Shown here in pieces: positions 1-12,000 of a DNA stretch of 45,461 bases. The notes under the pieces are model-generated. The model searched no databases. It saw nothing but the letters and a program-made list of their open reading frames with translations, and had not been told where the DNA came from. Within the stretch, counting starts at the first letter, position 1; each line of letters opens with the position of its first letter. Both the position numbers and the translations under genes were made by a program. This DNA is from an archaeon (GTDB lineage Archaea > Asgardarchaeota > Thorarchaeia > Thorarchaeales > Thorarchaeaceae): NCBI GenBank assembly GCA_024276825.1, contig JAJRWI010000018.1:1-45461 (forward strand), written 5' to 3'.

Positions 1-848
1 ACTACATTAAGTGCCTTGTTCAGATTGATGTTCGAGTTTCTCCTTCGGATGCTCATATCAATCTCATTATCATCAGAGCTTCTCGCACTTATTCCAACAA
101 CAGAGTCTGTGACATAAGCTGCAAACTTGGCAGACTTTCCCCTGTATCCGTGAACTGGCATATCTAGGACATATCCCACTGGGCCACTTTTTTCTGCGTT
201 CTTTTGCACATATCTGAATATCTCATGTTCAATCCGCGTTGCACTGATTGCAAGGTTGACAATATGGTTCATGGAGCTTGGCTTTATGCCAAGAGTCAAT
301 CTGCGGGTCAGATCCTTTGACTCATGCTTGTAATCAATCTCTTGCAGTGCCTGCACAAGAAGTCCTGCTTCTAGGTATAAGGTTCGTTTGTCAAAATTCT
401 CAAACTCTCTACGGGCAAATGGGGTTTCATCACAATAATCACCAATTGCACCATACAAGGCCAAACGTAGGGCATGTTCAGGCAATCGGGCCTCAAAATG
501 GCGATAGACAAGTTCAGCAGCACAAGGGCCAATTTCGTGAATGAGTCTTATATGAGATGATAAATACCTCTTGTGTGAGGCTTCAAGGGGATGATGGTCT
601 AACCATATAATCTCGGTACTATCAGGAAATGTGTCTAGTGCCTTCTTGATGTGAGGAAATCGTTTCTTATTCACGGCAATGTCACTAATGATGACTGTTG
701 CAGGTCCGTCTTTTGCAACACGATACAGGTCCTGATGTATTTGAGAGGGACGGCTGAAATATAATGCTGATCCTGGGAAGGCCAAAAGACCTATGGCTCC
801 CGAAGTGATTCCATCCAGATCCCCGTGTGTTATGCATACTGTGGTCAA
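1..848 (-). CDS. DHH/DHHA1 family phosphoesterase (partial, runs off the left edge; not in the ORF track)
   Basis: Manual translation from TTG 848 (GGTGA 6 nt upstream): MTTVCITHGDLDGITSG...IISDIA...IIWLDHHP, giving DHH motifs HxDxDG, D and DHH. The C-terminal part ...DMSIRRRNSNINLNKAL resembles DHHA1. Confidence 0.85.
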   Translation of the reverse strand, partial: MTTVCITHGDLDGITSGAIGLLAFPGSALYFSRPSQIHQDLYRVAKDGPATVIISDIAVNKKRFPHIKKALDTFPDSTEIIWLDHHPLEASHKRYLSSHIRLIHEIGPCAAELVYRHFEARLPEHALRLALYGAIGDYCDETPFARREFENFDKRTLYLEAGLLVQALQEIDYKHESKDLTRRLTLGIKPSSMNHIVNLAISATRIEHEIFRYVQKNAEKSGPVGYVLDMPVHGYRGKSAKFAAYVTDSVVGISARSSDDNEIDMSIRRRNSNINLNKALNV

Positions 849-950
849 ACTTGTCACCAACAATATCAAAGTGAATGCGAGATTTCTTATGGCATTTGTT
901 ATTGAGCAAAATGGAGAGAGATATTCAGTCAGAATATTAAGGTCTGTGAC

Positions 951-2327
951 CTATTGCTTGTACATCTCTTCAAGAACACGGTCCCATTCGTCCTTTTCTT
1001 CTTCAGACTTCTTTCGTTTCTTTCTGGCCCTCCGTGCGCGCTCTGCTTCCTTCTTCTTTCTTTCTTCCTCCTTCTTGCGTCGTTTGCGTTCAGCTTCAGC
1101 TTCCTTTGAGATTCTTGTTTCTTCCTCAACGTCACGCTTAGAGAACCAGCTTATGAGTAAGGCTGCGAACGGAAATAGGAGGAGTATGGGGACAAGAAAC
1201 AGCAACACTATTTCTGGTTGGTTGAGTTCAACACTGTTCAAAATGCCAGGGGGTAAATTAAATGGTGCCAAGAGAACTTGAGGGCTCATCAGTAAGAATG
1301 ACACAGTCACAACCAATATGAACCGTATAGCTGACCCGAGAATTGTAGACCCAATGATGTATGAGCCAGAGGGTGCAGATGCCTTAGCAGTGAGTTCATC
1401 ACGGGCATTTGGATCTGATGTTAATAGTTCATCAATATATATTTGCAATCGCCTAACATCAGCAATGGCATCCAAATTTTCAAGGCCTTCTTGCGAGCCA
1501 ACAATCTTGCGTTCTATTGCTTCACGAAGAAACGAGAATGCTGTTGCTCCAGTACTTCGCCCCATCGCAGTTGTACGGATCTTTTCACCACGTTCTATAG
1601 CATCTTGTTTTCTCGTGGCTTGCCTTAGAGCAAGAAGCTGCTTCTTCAGGGTTTCTTCTCTGTCCTCTACTGGCTTGCCTACCGAGTAGCTATAAATCAT
1701 CTGATAACTGATCTCGAGATATGCGAATGAAACAAGAGCGAGTATCTGCAAAGAGCCTGTCAAGAAAGTTATGAAGTTGGTGGGGTATGTTTCATAATTG
1801 GGAAGCGTCAGATGCCGAAATGCAGCAATTATCAGGATGGCTTGGATAGAAATGAATGCGCCTCCAACATACTTGTGCTCCATCCTTACTAGAGTCTGCA
1901 AGAAGAGCGCTACGCCTATTCCAGCACAGAGAAAGTAAAGGAACAAGAATGTGTTGTCTTGTAATATTCCAATGATATTGAGGAGATTAGCATTCAAGTT
2001 TGCAAACATCTCATTAATGTTTGTGACAGGTTCTGAAACACCATATGGCTGCATGTACCACATGCGAAGAACAACAGTGTTGTAAAGCCAGACAACCAGA
2101 TTAGTGGCAGGCGTTGGTCCCAGTAATATGAATGCAAACCCATAGATAATCATGGTGGATATGAGGAAAAAAATAAACGAGAGCAGTCTGAACACAGTGA
2201 CTACAAAGTCATAGGGAGCACTCCAGCCCCAAACACCATTTACATCCATTATGTTATAGACAAGATAGCACATGTATGCAAATGTGATTGTTGAGAGAAT
2301 ACGTAGAACCCATGTGACAACCTTCAT
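951..2327 (-). CDS. Polytopic membrane protein of unknown function with a highly charged C-terminal coiled coil
   Basis: 458 aa ORF with about 8 hydrophobic segments and a K/E/R-rich tail. ATGA overlap with the DUF58 gene indicates translational coupling. Confidence 0.8.
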   Translation of the reverse strand: MKVVTWVLRILSTITFAYMCYLVYNIMDVNGVWGWSAPYDFVVTVFRLLSFIFFLISTMIIYGFAFILLGPTPATNLVVWLYNTVVLRMWYMQPYGVSEPVTNINEMFANLNANLLNIIGILQDNTFLFLYFLCAGIGVALFLQTLVRMEHKYVGGAFISIQAILIIAAFRHLTLPNYETYPTNFITFLTGSLQILALVSFAYLEISYQMIYSYSVGKPVEDREETLKKQLLALRQATRKQDAIERGEKIRTTAMGRSTGATAFSFLREAIERKIVGSQEGLENLDAIADVRRLQIYIDELLTSDPNARDELTAKASAPSGSYIIGSTILGSAIRFILVVTVSFLLMSPQVLLAPFNLPPGILNSVELNQPEIVLLFLVPILLLFPFAALLISWFSKRDVEEETRISKEAEAERKRRKKEEERKKKEAERARRARKKRKKSEEEKDEWDRVLEEMYKQ

Positions 2328-3646
2328 AGTAGAGCAGCCCCCTTTTGCTTGATCTTTGTGTATTGTTGAATGATCGTGGGTAGGAAGTCTTCAGGGCCCA
2401 CATTCACCACGGAGATGCCAAACCTAGACAGGGCACGGGCAATCTTGCTTCGCCGTTCCCATAGTTCCTCTTGAACAGCCTCTGCAAGCACTTTTTCCAC
2501 GGGGCCAAACTGTCCTACGGGGGCCTCGAACCATGGTCCGAATGGGCTTATCACCATAGCCTTGTGCCCGTTTGCAACAAGTGTCTTCATTGCGTTAAGT
2601 AGAGGAGCAGGTGACTCTTCAAGGTCGGTCATCCATATGAAGAATGTACGTTTGCGAGTTCGTGCAGTGACATACTCAATTGCAGCCTCAAAATTACTCC
2701 AACCATGGGGTTCAGCTCTTGCAAGGGCATCAAGCACATCATACATGTGATTGGGAAGTGCAGAGGGTGGAACATACGCATGAACAACATCCGAGAACAC
2801 ACATGTCCCAACCAGGTCTTTTCGTTCAAGACCCATATGAGTAAGCAGGACTGCCGCACGAATAGCATATTCCAACTTTGTGTTTTCTGGGTAGCCATTA
2901 CCCATACTTCCGCTGGAGTCAACCATACATATTATCTGAACATTCTTTTCCATCTCAAACTGCTTGACTACCATCTCACCTCGCTTGGCAGAGGTCTTCC
3001 AGTCAATCAGTCTAAATGGGTCTCCAACCATATATTCTCGAAAGCCTGCAAACTCAGTACCCATGCCAACGACTTTTGTCCTGTGCGCACCAAACATCAG
3101 ACCGAGCTGCCTTTGCTTGCCAAGTGCTTCAAGGCGTCTTACATCTTTCCATGTTGGGTAGACTAAAATCTCAGTGGGGGCCTCCAGTGATCTAGTGTAA
3201 TAGTGTAAGCCAAGCCGGTCTCGAATTATCACATTGGTGGGTCCAAGGATGTATCGACCTCGCATTCTGGCTTGCAGGATATAAGAGAAGGTCATGCTTC
3301 GGCCAGGTTCAATTCTTGAGGCCAAAAAATTCTCGCCAATTGCAAGAATCCATGTTTCAGGATATGCATCATGAACCTCAATGAAGTCAAAGTTTCTCCT
3401 TGATTTATTTGTAATCTTGACTCGAACCTGGAGAAAGTCGCCAGAGAATACCTTGGCCTTGTCAATACGGCGCTCCACCTCAAGACCAGCAACATTAGCA
3501 GTCAATGCGAAGAGTGGAAGTGTTACCACTAGGCCGACCAGTAGGTAAACACCAATCACTGTCAGGTACCAATTGGCAAAAGAGAACCCACTGGTTAGTA
3601 ATAAGACCCCTGCAAAGACTACTACGAAGCCCCGTTGAGTGAGCAC
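2324..3646 (-). CDS. DUF58 family / VWA-domain protein (MoxR partner)
   Basis: N-terminal TM hairpin; GTEFAGFREYMVGDPFRLIDWKTSAK...VKQFE DUF58 signature; MIDAS-like DSSGS; adjacent to moxR. Confidence 0.92.
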   Translation of the reverse strand: MLTQRGFVVVFAGVLLLTSGFSFANWYLTVIGVYLLVGLVVTLPLFALTANVAGLEVERRIDKAKVFSGDFLQVRVKITNKSRRNFDFIEVHDAYPETWILAIGENFLASRIEPGRSMTFSYILQARMRGRYILGPTNVIIRDRLGLHYYTRSLEAPTEILVYPTWKDVRRLEALGKQRQLGLMFGAHRTKVVGMGTEFAGFREYMVGDPFRLIDWKTSAKRGEMVVKQFEMEKNVQIICMVDSSGSMGNGYPENTKLEYAIRAAVLLTHMGLERKDLVGTCVFSDVVHAYVPPSALPNHMYDVLDALARAEPHGWSNFEAAIEYVTARTRKRTFFIWMTDLEESPAPLLNAMKTLVANGHKAMVISPFGPWFEAPVGQFGPVEKVLAEAVQEELWERRSKIARALSRFGISVVNVGPEDFLPTIIQQYTKIKQKGAALL

Positions 3647-3673
3647 TTTTTCATTCTCCCGTTTCTTTTGATT

Positions 3674-4660
3674 CTACTTTGGACAGTCCACTTCGCCCAG
3701 TATTTTTGTGATCACACGTTCAACAGTCATTCCTTCCAGTTCAGCTTCTGGCTTCAGTATGAGCCTGTGATTCAATGTCTGAATACAGAGCTTTCTTACA
3801 TCCTCAGGAACAACATAATCACGCCCGTTCATGGCAGCTCGTGTCTTTGAGGCGCTCATCAGTACCAGAGAGGCACGTGGAGAGCCACCAAGCAATATCT
3901 GAGGATCATTTCTCGTTCTTACGATAATATCTCGAATGTAGTTGATTATGTCCTCTTCGAGATATACTGTTTTACAGGCCTGCTGCATTCTGACTAATGT
4001 CTGTGGGTCGGTTAGCACCCTCAGATCAGTGGCCTCGCCAATATGCTTTCTGCGAATGACTTCTGCCTCTTCACTGCTAGTAGGATAGTCAAGAATTAAC
4101 CTGAACATAAATCTGTCAAGTTGTGCCTCTGGAAGAGGATATGTGCCCTCTTGCTCCACAGGGTTCTGTGTTGCAATGATCAGGAAGGGCTCTGGCAGTT
4201 TCATGGTCACGCCCTCAATTGAAACCTGACGCTCCTCCATCACCTCAAGCAGAGCACTCTGCGATTTTGGAGGACAACGATTTATCTCATCAGCAAGGAC
4301 CAGGTTTGCAAAGACAGGGCCCTTTCTGAACCAGAACTCACCAGTCTGCTGATTAAACACATTGCTGCCTAAAAGATCAGCAGGAAGTGTGTCCACAGTC
4401 AGCTGGATTCTCTTAAACGCACATCCAAGAATGGAAGCAAAGGTCCTAGCCATGTAGGTCTTAGCAAGTCCGGGAACACCCTCAAGAACCACGTGCCCAT
4501 TGGAAAGAAATGCAATGAGCACATCTCGAAGAATGTCAACTTTTCCAACTATGACCCTACTACACTCTCTGACAATCTCGGAAGTCAATGCATGAACTTC
4601 ATCTATTGTCATTGGTGGACCCATGCTGCCTTTCCCTTGTTGTGACGCACCTAATGTCAT
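3674..4660 (-). CDS. moxR: MoxR family AAA+ ATPase
   Basis: Walker A GVPGLAKT, Walker B LADEINR, ATQNPVEQEGTYPLPEAQLDRF, GGSPRAS. Confidence 0.96.
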   Translation of the reverse strand: MTLGASQQGKGSMGPPMTIDEVHALTSEIVRECSRVIVGKVDILRDVLIAFLSNGHVVLEGVPGLAKTYMARTFASILGCAFKRIQLTVDTLPADLLGSNVFNQQTGEFWFRKGPVFANLVLADEINRCPPKSQSALLEVMEERQVSIEGVTMKLPEPFLIIATQNPVEQEGTYPLPEAQLDRFMFRLILDYPTSSEEAEVIRRKHIGEATDLRVLTDPQTLVRMQQACKTVYLEEDIINYIRDIIVRTRNDPQILLGGSPRASLVLMSASKTRAAMNGRDYVVPEDVRKLCIQTLNHRLILKPEAELEGMTVERVITKILGEVDCPK

Positions 4661-4675
4661 CTTGTATGTTCCACC

Positions 4676-6066
4676 TCATTTTGTTTCGATTAGTAATGAT
4701 TGAATGTTTCTCATAAAGAAGAAGAGCTCCATGAGCTCATTCTCCTTAATTTTCATCTTTGGATTTGCAGATATCTCCTCAATCCGTCTGATCTTCCTGA
4801 GAAAGTCCGCCTCTTTCATGTTAGTGTCCTTGAATCGATATAGATCCCACACCTTCTTTACATCATATTGAGACCAAAGGTGTTTTTTCATGAGACCTCG
4901 GCGGAGCTTTCTATATAGCATCTTAATGACTCGTGCATAATTGCCTTCCGTGCGATAATACGCCATTCGTTCGCTGAAATATGTCTGTCCCCGCCTCATG
5001 AACACCTCTGATACACTCTTGACCTCAGGCTTTTTCATGTCTGGTAGATATTTCTTGATGCCCAGTGCAGTTGTCAGGGGGTAGAATGGTGCAAACCAGA
5101 TGTTTGTTGTCATCCATAATGCCCTGCCCAAGAATAGACCGTAAAACAGTTCAGCTGAGTTCCAAGGTTGTGCCAACAAAGACTCACAAAAGACAATTGG
5201 CACTGATCTGTCGTTCGAGGTCAACCAATGTATCACATTCATTCCGAATCGCTGATTGCCTGCAAATCTACTCCACATGTCATTATTGAAAGCACTTGGA
5301 TCGCTCATAGCGACCAGACGCCCTTCGCCTAAAGGTATGGCTCCAGCTATGGGAAGACGCCCTTTCCATTCATAGTCATCAGGTACAGGGTTTTCAGAGG
5401 TGACATTGTTTCACACCATGCTCGCGTTGTGGTCCAAGCAAAGCCAGCTGCACCAAGTAGACTCCTAGGACTTATAGCAGATGCCCAATTCAAATGAAGA
5501 CCACCACTCTCGCGTATACCAGATGTGAGTTCGGGGGCTGCAATTGCACTCTGAAAGTCATTGATGACGGGCAAGCGAGGGCTCAGATCATATGAGTCAA
5601 GGTCATAAACCACGCCACCCGTGAATGATAAAAATCCCTTAACGCCATACTGCTCAAGGGCTGCTCCGCCAAAGAAGTCCAGCAGGTAGTTGTTAAGGAG
5701 ATAGAATGAAGCATTTGCGGTTCCAAAATCATCCGCAATTAATACGCTTCCACCTTGAGCCAAATGCGTAGTAATAGTGAGTATGGCATCAAAACTAAAG
5801 TCCCTGACAGGACCCATAATAACAAGACAGGCGTTCCCCTCATACCGTTGAATGACACTCATCGAGGACTGGATTGCCTTGACCTCGTATCCGTCATTTT
5901 CAAGTGCAGTACGAAAGTTCGATAGTCCGTTCCAGTTGTCATTGTAGATGCTGAAGTCTTGAGGGTAGTTGTTTCCGACTCCAAAGAGAGTGGATCCTAC
6001 AAGAAAGCCTATAGGAAACCACGAAAGGATGAATAGTATTATTTGAAGCGTTTGTTTCCAGCCCAT
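4676..6066 (-). pseudogene. DUF4350-domain membrane protein, split by a single frameshift (ORFs 5347..6066 + 4676..5308)
   Basis: First ORF has FSIYNDNWNGLS and GGSVLIADDFG. The second ORF's frame is open back to 5410 and reads NVTSENPVPDDYEWKGRLPIAGAIPLGEGRLVAMSDPSAFNNDM, continuing the same domain. May be a sequencing indel rather than a true pseudogene. Confidence 0.8.
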
Positions 6067-6080
6067 CTTGTTTCACCAGG

Positions 6081-9000
6081 TCATGTTGTTGGCACGAGTG
6101 GGGTACTCTCCTCAACTCGTGGGTAGATGTCCGTGAATATCTTGATTGCTAGGTCAAACTTTTCACGGGTGATCTCATGGTTGGAGAACCGTGCTTCTTC
6201 ATATATTTGCACGAATTTCTCAACCACATCCATGTCGAGTGGGAGCACCTTGGACACGCGTTCCAAGAATTCACGTGCAGTTTCAGAGTGCATCCGCTCA
6301 GCACCCACTTTGATGCCACAGAGCTGTTCAAATGTGCGATATGCGAGGGTTATCGCGGCACTATATTTGCCGGCATCACGTAACTTCTGAATGTTTCGGA
6401 GTTTAGTCGCAAAGTCAATGGAGGGCCTTGAAACCTTTCCCTGAAACATTCCTTTCACGAAGTAGAGATAGAGCAGGACAATCACTACTGCACCTGCAAG
6501 TGCAATGAATGGTATAATATCCGTGAGTTGCATCGTAAAACCACCAGTTTGTGATATTGTTATGTGTGTTGGGTTGAGTGTGATATCAGAAACATCCGAT
6601 ACCAGGGTGACTTGGAAGTAGAAGGTTCCTTCTCTTCGTGGTGTTGAAACACCCCGGTATACGAAATGACCCGTATTGTCAGTATACACCTCTACTGTCC
6701 GGGTCCCATTAAGATCAATTCTAATGAGTCTATTTGCGATTGGAATTCGTGTTGCTGTGTCTGCAGAGTCATAGAGGTTGCCTTCAATAACCAAGGACTG
6801 GTTGGGGGCGACCACACTTGGCGTGATGGGTTCAAGATATACATCCAAGAATACATGAATCACAGTGTTTCCTGTGTTTCCAGATGAACCATTGTAGGTC
6901 GTCGTACTGTCAAATGATGCGGTTAAATAAAAGAGACCGCGTTGACTCCAAGAGGAGGGTAGGTTCAGGGTTGCTGGTGATGAGTCATATATTATAGTGG
7001 TATATAGTGGGGTTGAGTTGAAGTAGAAAGTAATGGATTGAGGCAGGATTGAAGTCCCTGAATCATCAACTAGTCTAACAATAACCTCAAAGGCTTCGCC
7101 AGGCATTATGTCATGACGATTACTGAAGGACACCTCAAGTGAGGTTGTGGACATCACTGTAATGTCCAAAGAATCAGGAGTGCCAATAACGTCATAATAT
7201 GTGGCATTAGGGCTGGTACTATCAATGTCAATGCTGATTGTGTGGCCCCCAAGATTAAGATCGGATTGGATATCAAGGGTCACTGTGAATGATCCGTCCG
7301 TGTTGGTTGTAAATGTAAATTGATCCACACCATCTAAAGTTAGAACGAGAGGAATGTCAGCACCGAAGCCATAACTGTTCCCTGCCCACCCAGAAATGGC
7401 GATAGATGTTCCCCTGAATACTGTTGTGTCATCCAATGGGTCAAGTGTGAGTTCTACAGCATCATACACATCAATGGTGATGATTGCAGTCATGTTGTAT
7501 TCAATGTCTTGACGTAGAGTCCGGTCCACTTCGACGTAGAAATCGTTGGCACCAAGGACATGGCTTTCGTTGAGCGAATAATAGAACTCGAAATACCCGT
7601 TGACTACATCATCAATTGTGACTGAGTCGACTACATGAGCGTTCCATACTAAGTTTACCACATAGCCGACCATTGCAGATCCATTCAATGAGAAGGTCAG
7701 ATTTCCATATATGTGGACTGTGTCACCACGATATAGTGGACTGGGAGCTGTGTAGTCCGACTCGAGGTTCACTGGAACATATTCAATGGAGATTGTGATA
7801 ATTCCAGAATAACCTGGTTGAATATAGCTCTTGTTGGGGGCACAATAGGCCATTATGTCAGTTGAGCTCACTGGTGTGTCATCAGGAATCGCAAAGTCAA
7901 ATTGATACCAACCTGAGGCATCGGTCACTATAGTGGTTATGTCAATCCAGCCTTCAGAGTCTGTGGAGTGATCCCACATAAGTGTGACACTGGCCCATGC
8001 ATAAGGAGTGCCGTTGTCCAGATACACATAGCCAGATATGTTAAGTCTATCATCAAGATAAGCTGTTGGTGATGGGTCAACGATAATAGTCCAAACAAGT
8101 GTATATGCAGTGATTGAGATTGAGAGTGGAGAGGTAGTAGAGCCAGATATCCAGTTCACATTTGAAACAAACTCTAGCGTGATATCATAGGCTCCAAGTG
8201 TGGTGTTTTCAGGGATCACCCATCGGAGGATGAACTGCCCATTTTGTAACGTTGTATTTGAGCCAATAAATGATCCACCAAAATACACATTGACTGCTGC
8301 ATTATAATAGGGTGTTGGACCAGATGAGTAGAATAGTGATGCATTAATCAGCAAGGTTTCTGTCGGGTGATAATTCAGTCCTGTTTCAATCTGAAATGAT
8401 GAAAACAGGGTAGCCCATCGTTTCAGCGTGACCGTTTGTGATGGTGATGTCGTATTGTAGAAGCTCACATTGCCTGACCATGTTGCAAATATGTCTGCAG
8501 TGAGAATTGTGAATTCGTCCATTCCGGAATATGTTGTGGAAAACTGGCCAGATGAGTTGGTGAACACCCAGCCAATATTGATCGTTGTACCATTGCCAAA
8601 ATTCCACCAGAGAGTTATGTTGGCATTCCTGATAGCACTGCTATTATGCTGAAATATCAGGGATCCTGTAATCTGGATTGTTTCATTGAGATATTGTGTC
8701 AGGGGAGAGGGGGCTATGGAGAGCGTAGCACTGTAGAGGGTTATTGAGATGCTGGTTGAAGAAGATGTTGCATTGTTCCATAATGGATTTGTGTTTATGA
8801 ACTGTGCCTGAATTAACACCATAACATCCATGTCTGCCCCTGGAGTGAGATTATAGTAAAAGTTGAAATAGCCAGTACTATTGGTGATGTAGCCATAGTA
8901 GGTTGTCTGGGAGCCATCATTCCAGATTATGTCAATAGGTTGTCCAGCAAGGGGAGAACCGTTTACCTGATAGGTCAATTGCCCATATACATGTACTACT

Positions 9001-12000
9001 TCATCAATGTAATAGGTGCTTGAGTCAGTAGTCAATGTCAGCAGGAATGAATATCGATCAATACTGATGGTCAGTGTAGATGAGGTGGCATTGTCCCACA
9101 TCACATTATTATTATTGAAGGTGGCCCAGACATCAATAAATCCAACTTTATCATTAAGCGAGCAGTTATAGAAGAACTCAAAGTATCCACTCCCATTTGT
9201 GTAATATGGCCCGTAGATAATTTCTGTCCCATTATTCCAATGAATCATTACTGGTTGCCCGCTGAGCGGCGTGCCATTATGTTGATACGTCAGAAAGCCC
9301 CAGAAATGCGCGACCTCATCCAGGTGGTATAATGTTGAATTGGAGAGCAGGCTCAAGTCGAACTGGTATCTGATTAGATTTACGGTTCTGTTCAGAGACT
9401 GGGCATTGTCCCATAATGGGTCCGAACTCAAGTACTCTGCCCATATGTAAACTGCACCCAAAGCGTCATTCAGGGTCAAGTTATATAGAAATAGGAATCC
9501 ACCTGTGCTGTTTGTGTACTTGATGTATTGATATGTGTTAGTTGCATTTCGATAATAGATAGTGATCATCTCGCCTACTGCAGGCTTTGTACCTTGATTG
9601 AATATCAAGGTGCCCGAGAACTGTATGACCTCATCAAGATGGACCGTGTTTGATGCAACATCAGCATCCAATGTGAGCTGATATAATTGCGAGATGATGA
9701 CCAAGGTGTCAGTCGCATTATCTATTGACTTGTTGAGAGATGTAAATGAGAAGGTGATTGTAATGGTCGAAGGGTCATCATTTGCTAATGAGAAGTTGTA
9801 ATAGAAATTGAACCAACCAGACGAGTTTGTTGTCAATTGATAGATTGGTGTTTTGGTTCCATTGTCCCATGTCAGATACACAATCTGTCCAGTCAGTGGA
9901 ATGCCGCCTTCACGTGTCAATTGCCCAAAAATATATGCGGTTTCATTAAGATGATAGTAAGTTGAGTTTGAGAAGGAGGCAATATAGGAGTCATATACTG
10001 TGACGTTGAGGAGCGCTATTGGAGAGAGAGCATCACCGTATAACACGGAGGGAGATACAAATTCAGCCCACACATCGACAATTTCTACCAAGTGATTAAT
10101 AGGCACTTGATATTGGAAGCTATAAGTCCCCAGACCAGAACTCCAGACAACAGTCAGATTCTCTATGTGTGTACTATTGTCCCACCATATGGTCAAGGGT
10201 ACATTTGCAAGTACTGATGAGTTTTCAGGCACCAAGATGGTGCCATAGATTGTGACATTCTCGCCTCGGATGACTGGATTTGTATCGAAGTTTATGGTTA
10301 CATCCACAGCCCATTTTGCAACGGTGATTGTCAGATTATTAGACAGACTTGGCTGCCAGATAGGATCACCAGGACCAAACTCGGTCCAATAGGTCACATC
10401 ACCCTCATAATCATCTGGGACTTGAAAGTATATCACATAGTACCCAGTGGAGTCTGTTGTGTTGGAGCCAAGGACAGATGTAGTGATTCCATTGTCCCAG
10501 TAAAGGTTAATGATCTTGCCAGCCAGACCACTACCATTTGCTTGGATGGTCAGATATCCTGAAACACTCATAGTTTCATTTAGATGTACAATGCTCGGCG
10601 CAATTGGGTCCGATGTAATGCTCAGCTGAGTAGAACCACTTCTAATGATGATTTCAATCGTGCTGCTAGAGTTACTTGAGATGTGATCCATCGTTGAAGT
10701 CCAATTGACATACACATAATATGTCCCATTTGCAGTATCAACAGGAATCACATAGGTATCATTGAAGGAGCCTGTTGCATCAGTAAGGGTTGTATCAACA
10801 ATAGTGTTACCTATCACAAAGTTGATCGTTTCACCGGTAGACAGGGGGGTTCCATTAAGAAGGTAGGCAGTCCCGCTATACTCCAAAGAACTCCCAGCAA
10901 ACAGGTCAGTGGGGTTCACTACAAGATTGAATCCAACCGTTCCCCACACATCTACTGTTGAGTTATCAGAGGATCGCCCAGGCAAAATAACTGGTAGACC
11001 ATTCTCATCATACTCGCCAGCATAAGAGGCCCAGACTTCATGAAGGCCTGTAGTCACAAGTGGACTCATTGGATCAAGATAGTATACCAGTTCATAGGTC
11101 CCATCAGATTGAATAGTTGCATTACCAATAAACGCATCATCCCACATTATCTGGACCCATTTATTAGTAAGGTCGTTTCCATTTACAGGTTGACCACCAA
11201 CGGTCATTGTACCATGAATTCGCAGATTGTCAGTCCAATAGGCTGTATAATTGTCCCAGCCATTTGCAAGATTGACATCAAACGTCTGAGCAAGAACGAA
11301 GTCGGAATAGACCGCATCTATTTGGTCATCCATGCTTATTGTGTGTGTGTTATATGGATTTGCCTGTGCAACTGCATTCACTGTCGTATAATTGATCACG
11401 GTGCCAGCTGGCGATTGCCATGTTGCAGAAATGATATGGATTCCAACTGATGCATTAAGTGGAAATGCATAGGTTATTGTTGCATTGGGGATTGGAGTCC
11501 CTGCGGGGTCTATTGCAACAGTTCCCATCATAGTGCTATCAGTGAGATCAAAGAATGTGATGTTCTCGGGGGTCACAACGGGCAACCCCTCAACGAAGAT
11601 TGCAGCAGTCAAGGTAAATTGGTTACCTACAAGTGCCCAAGTGGGGGGTCCAACAAGCAGAGTGACGTTCCCTATATTTTGATTCTCAGGAGTTTCACCG
11701 CCCCCCATGCTAGGAGGTAGTCCCATTGGCACAACTTGGATCCATTCGCCGCCCCCAGTAGACAGTGGAATGTAGACCTCCACCCAGAACATCATATGAC
11801 GAATTCGTATTATTCTCTGTCCTGACTCGGAGTCACCAAGTGCATAACCTGTGACAAGGCGCGCGGGAATCCCTAGCTGGCGCATATATACACAGTAAGC
11901 TGTGGCAAAGTCTTGAGGCAGACCACCGCCTCGTTGCAGGAACCAGTCAGTGACCTCTTGTCCCTCAGCTGGTCGGTCTTGGGTGTCCATTATCAGTTCA

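Noticed and set aside
278-1689. ORFs 278..544, 685..909, 793..1281, 929..1135, 1318..1689
   Set aside because: Antisense or alternate-frame shadows of the DHH gene and the membrane-protein gene. The same applies to most short track ORFs nested in housekeeping genes.
5350-5410. Programmed -1 ribosomal frameshift in DUF4350
   Set aside because: No canonical slippery heptamer in frame and no obvious stimulatory structure; an indel is more parsimonious.
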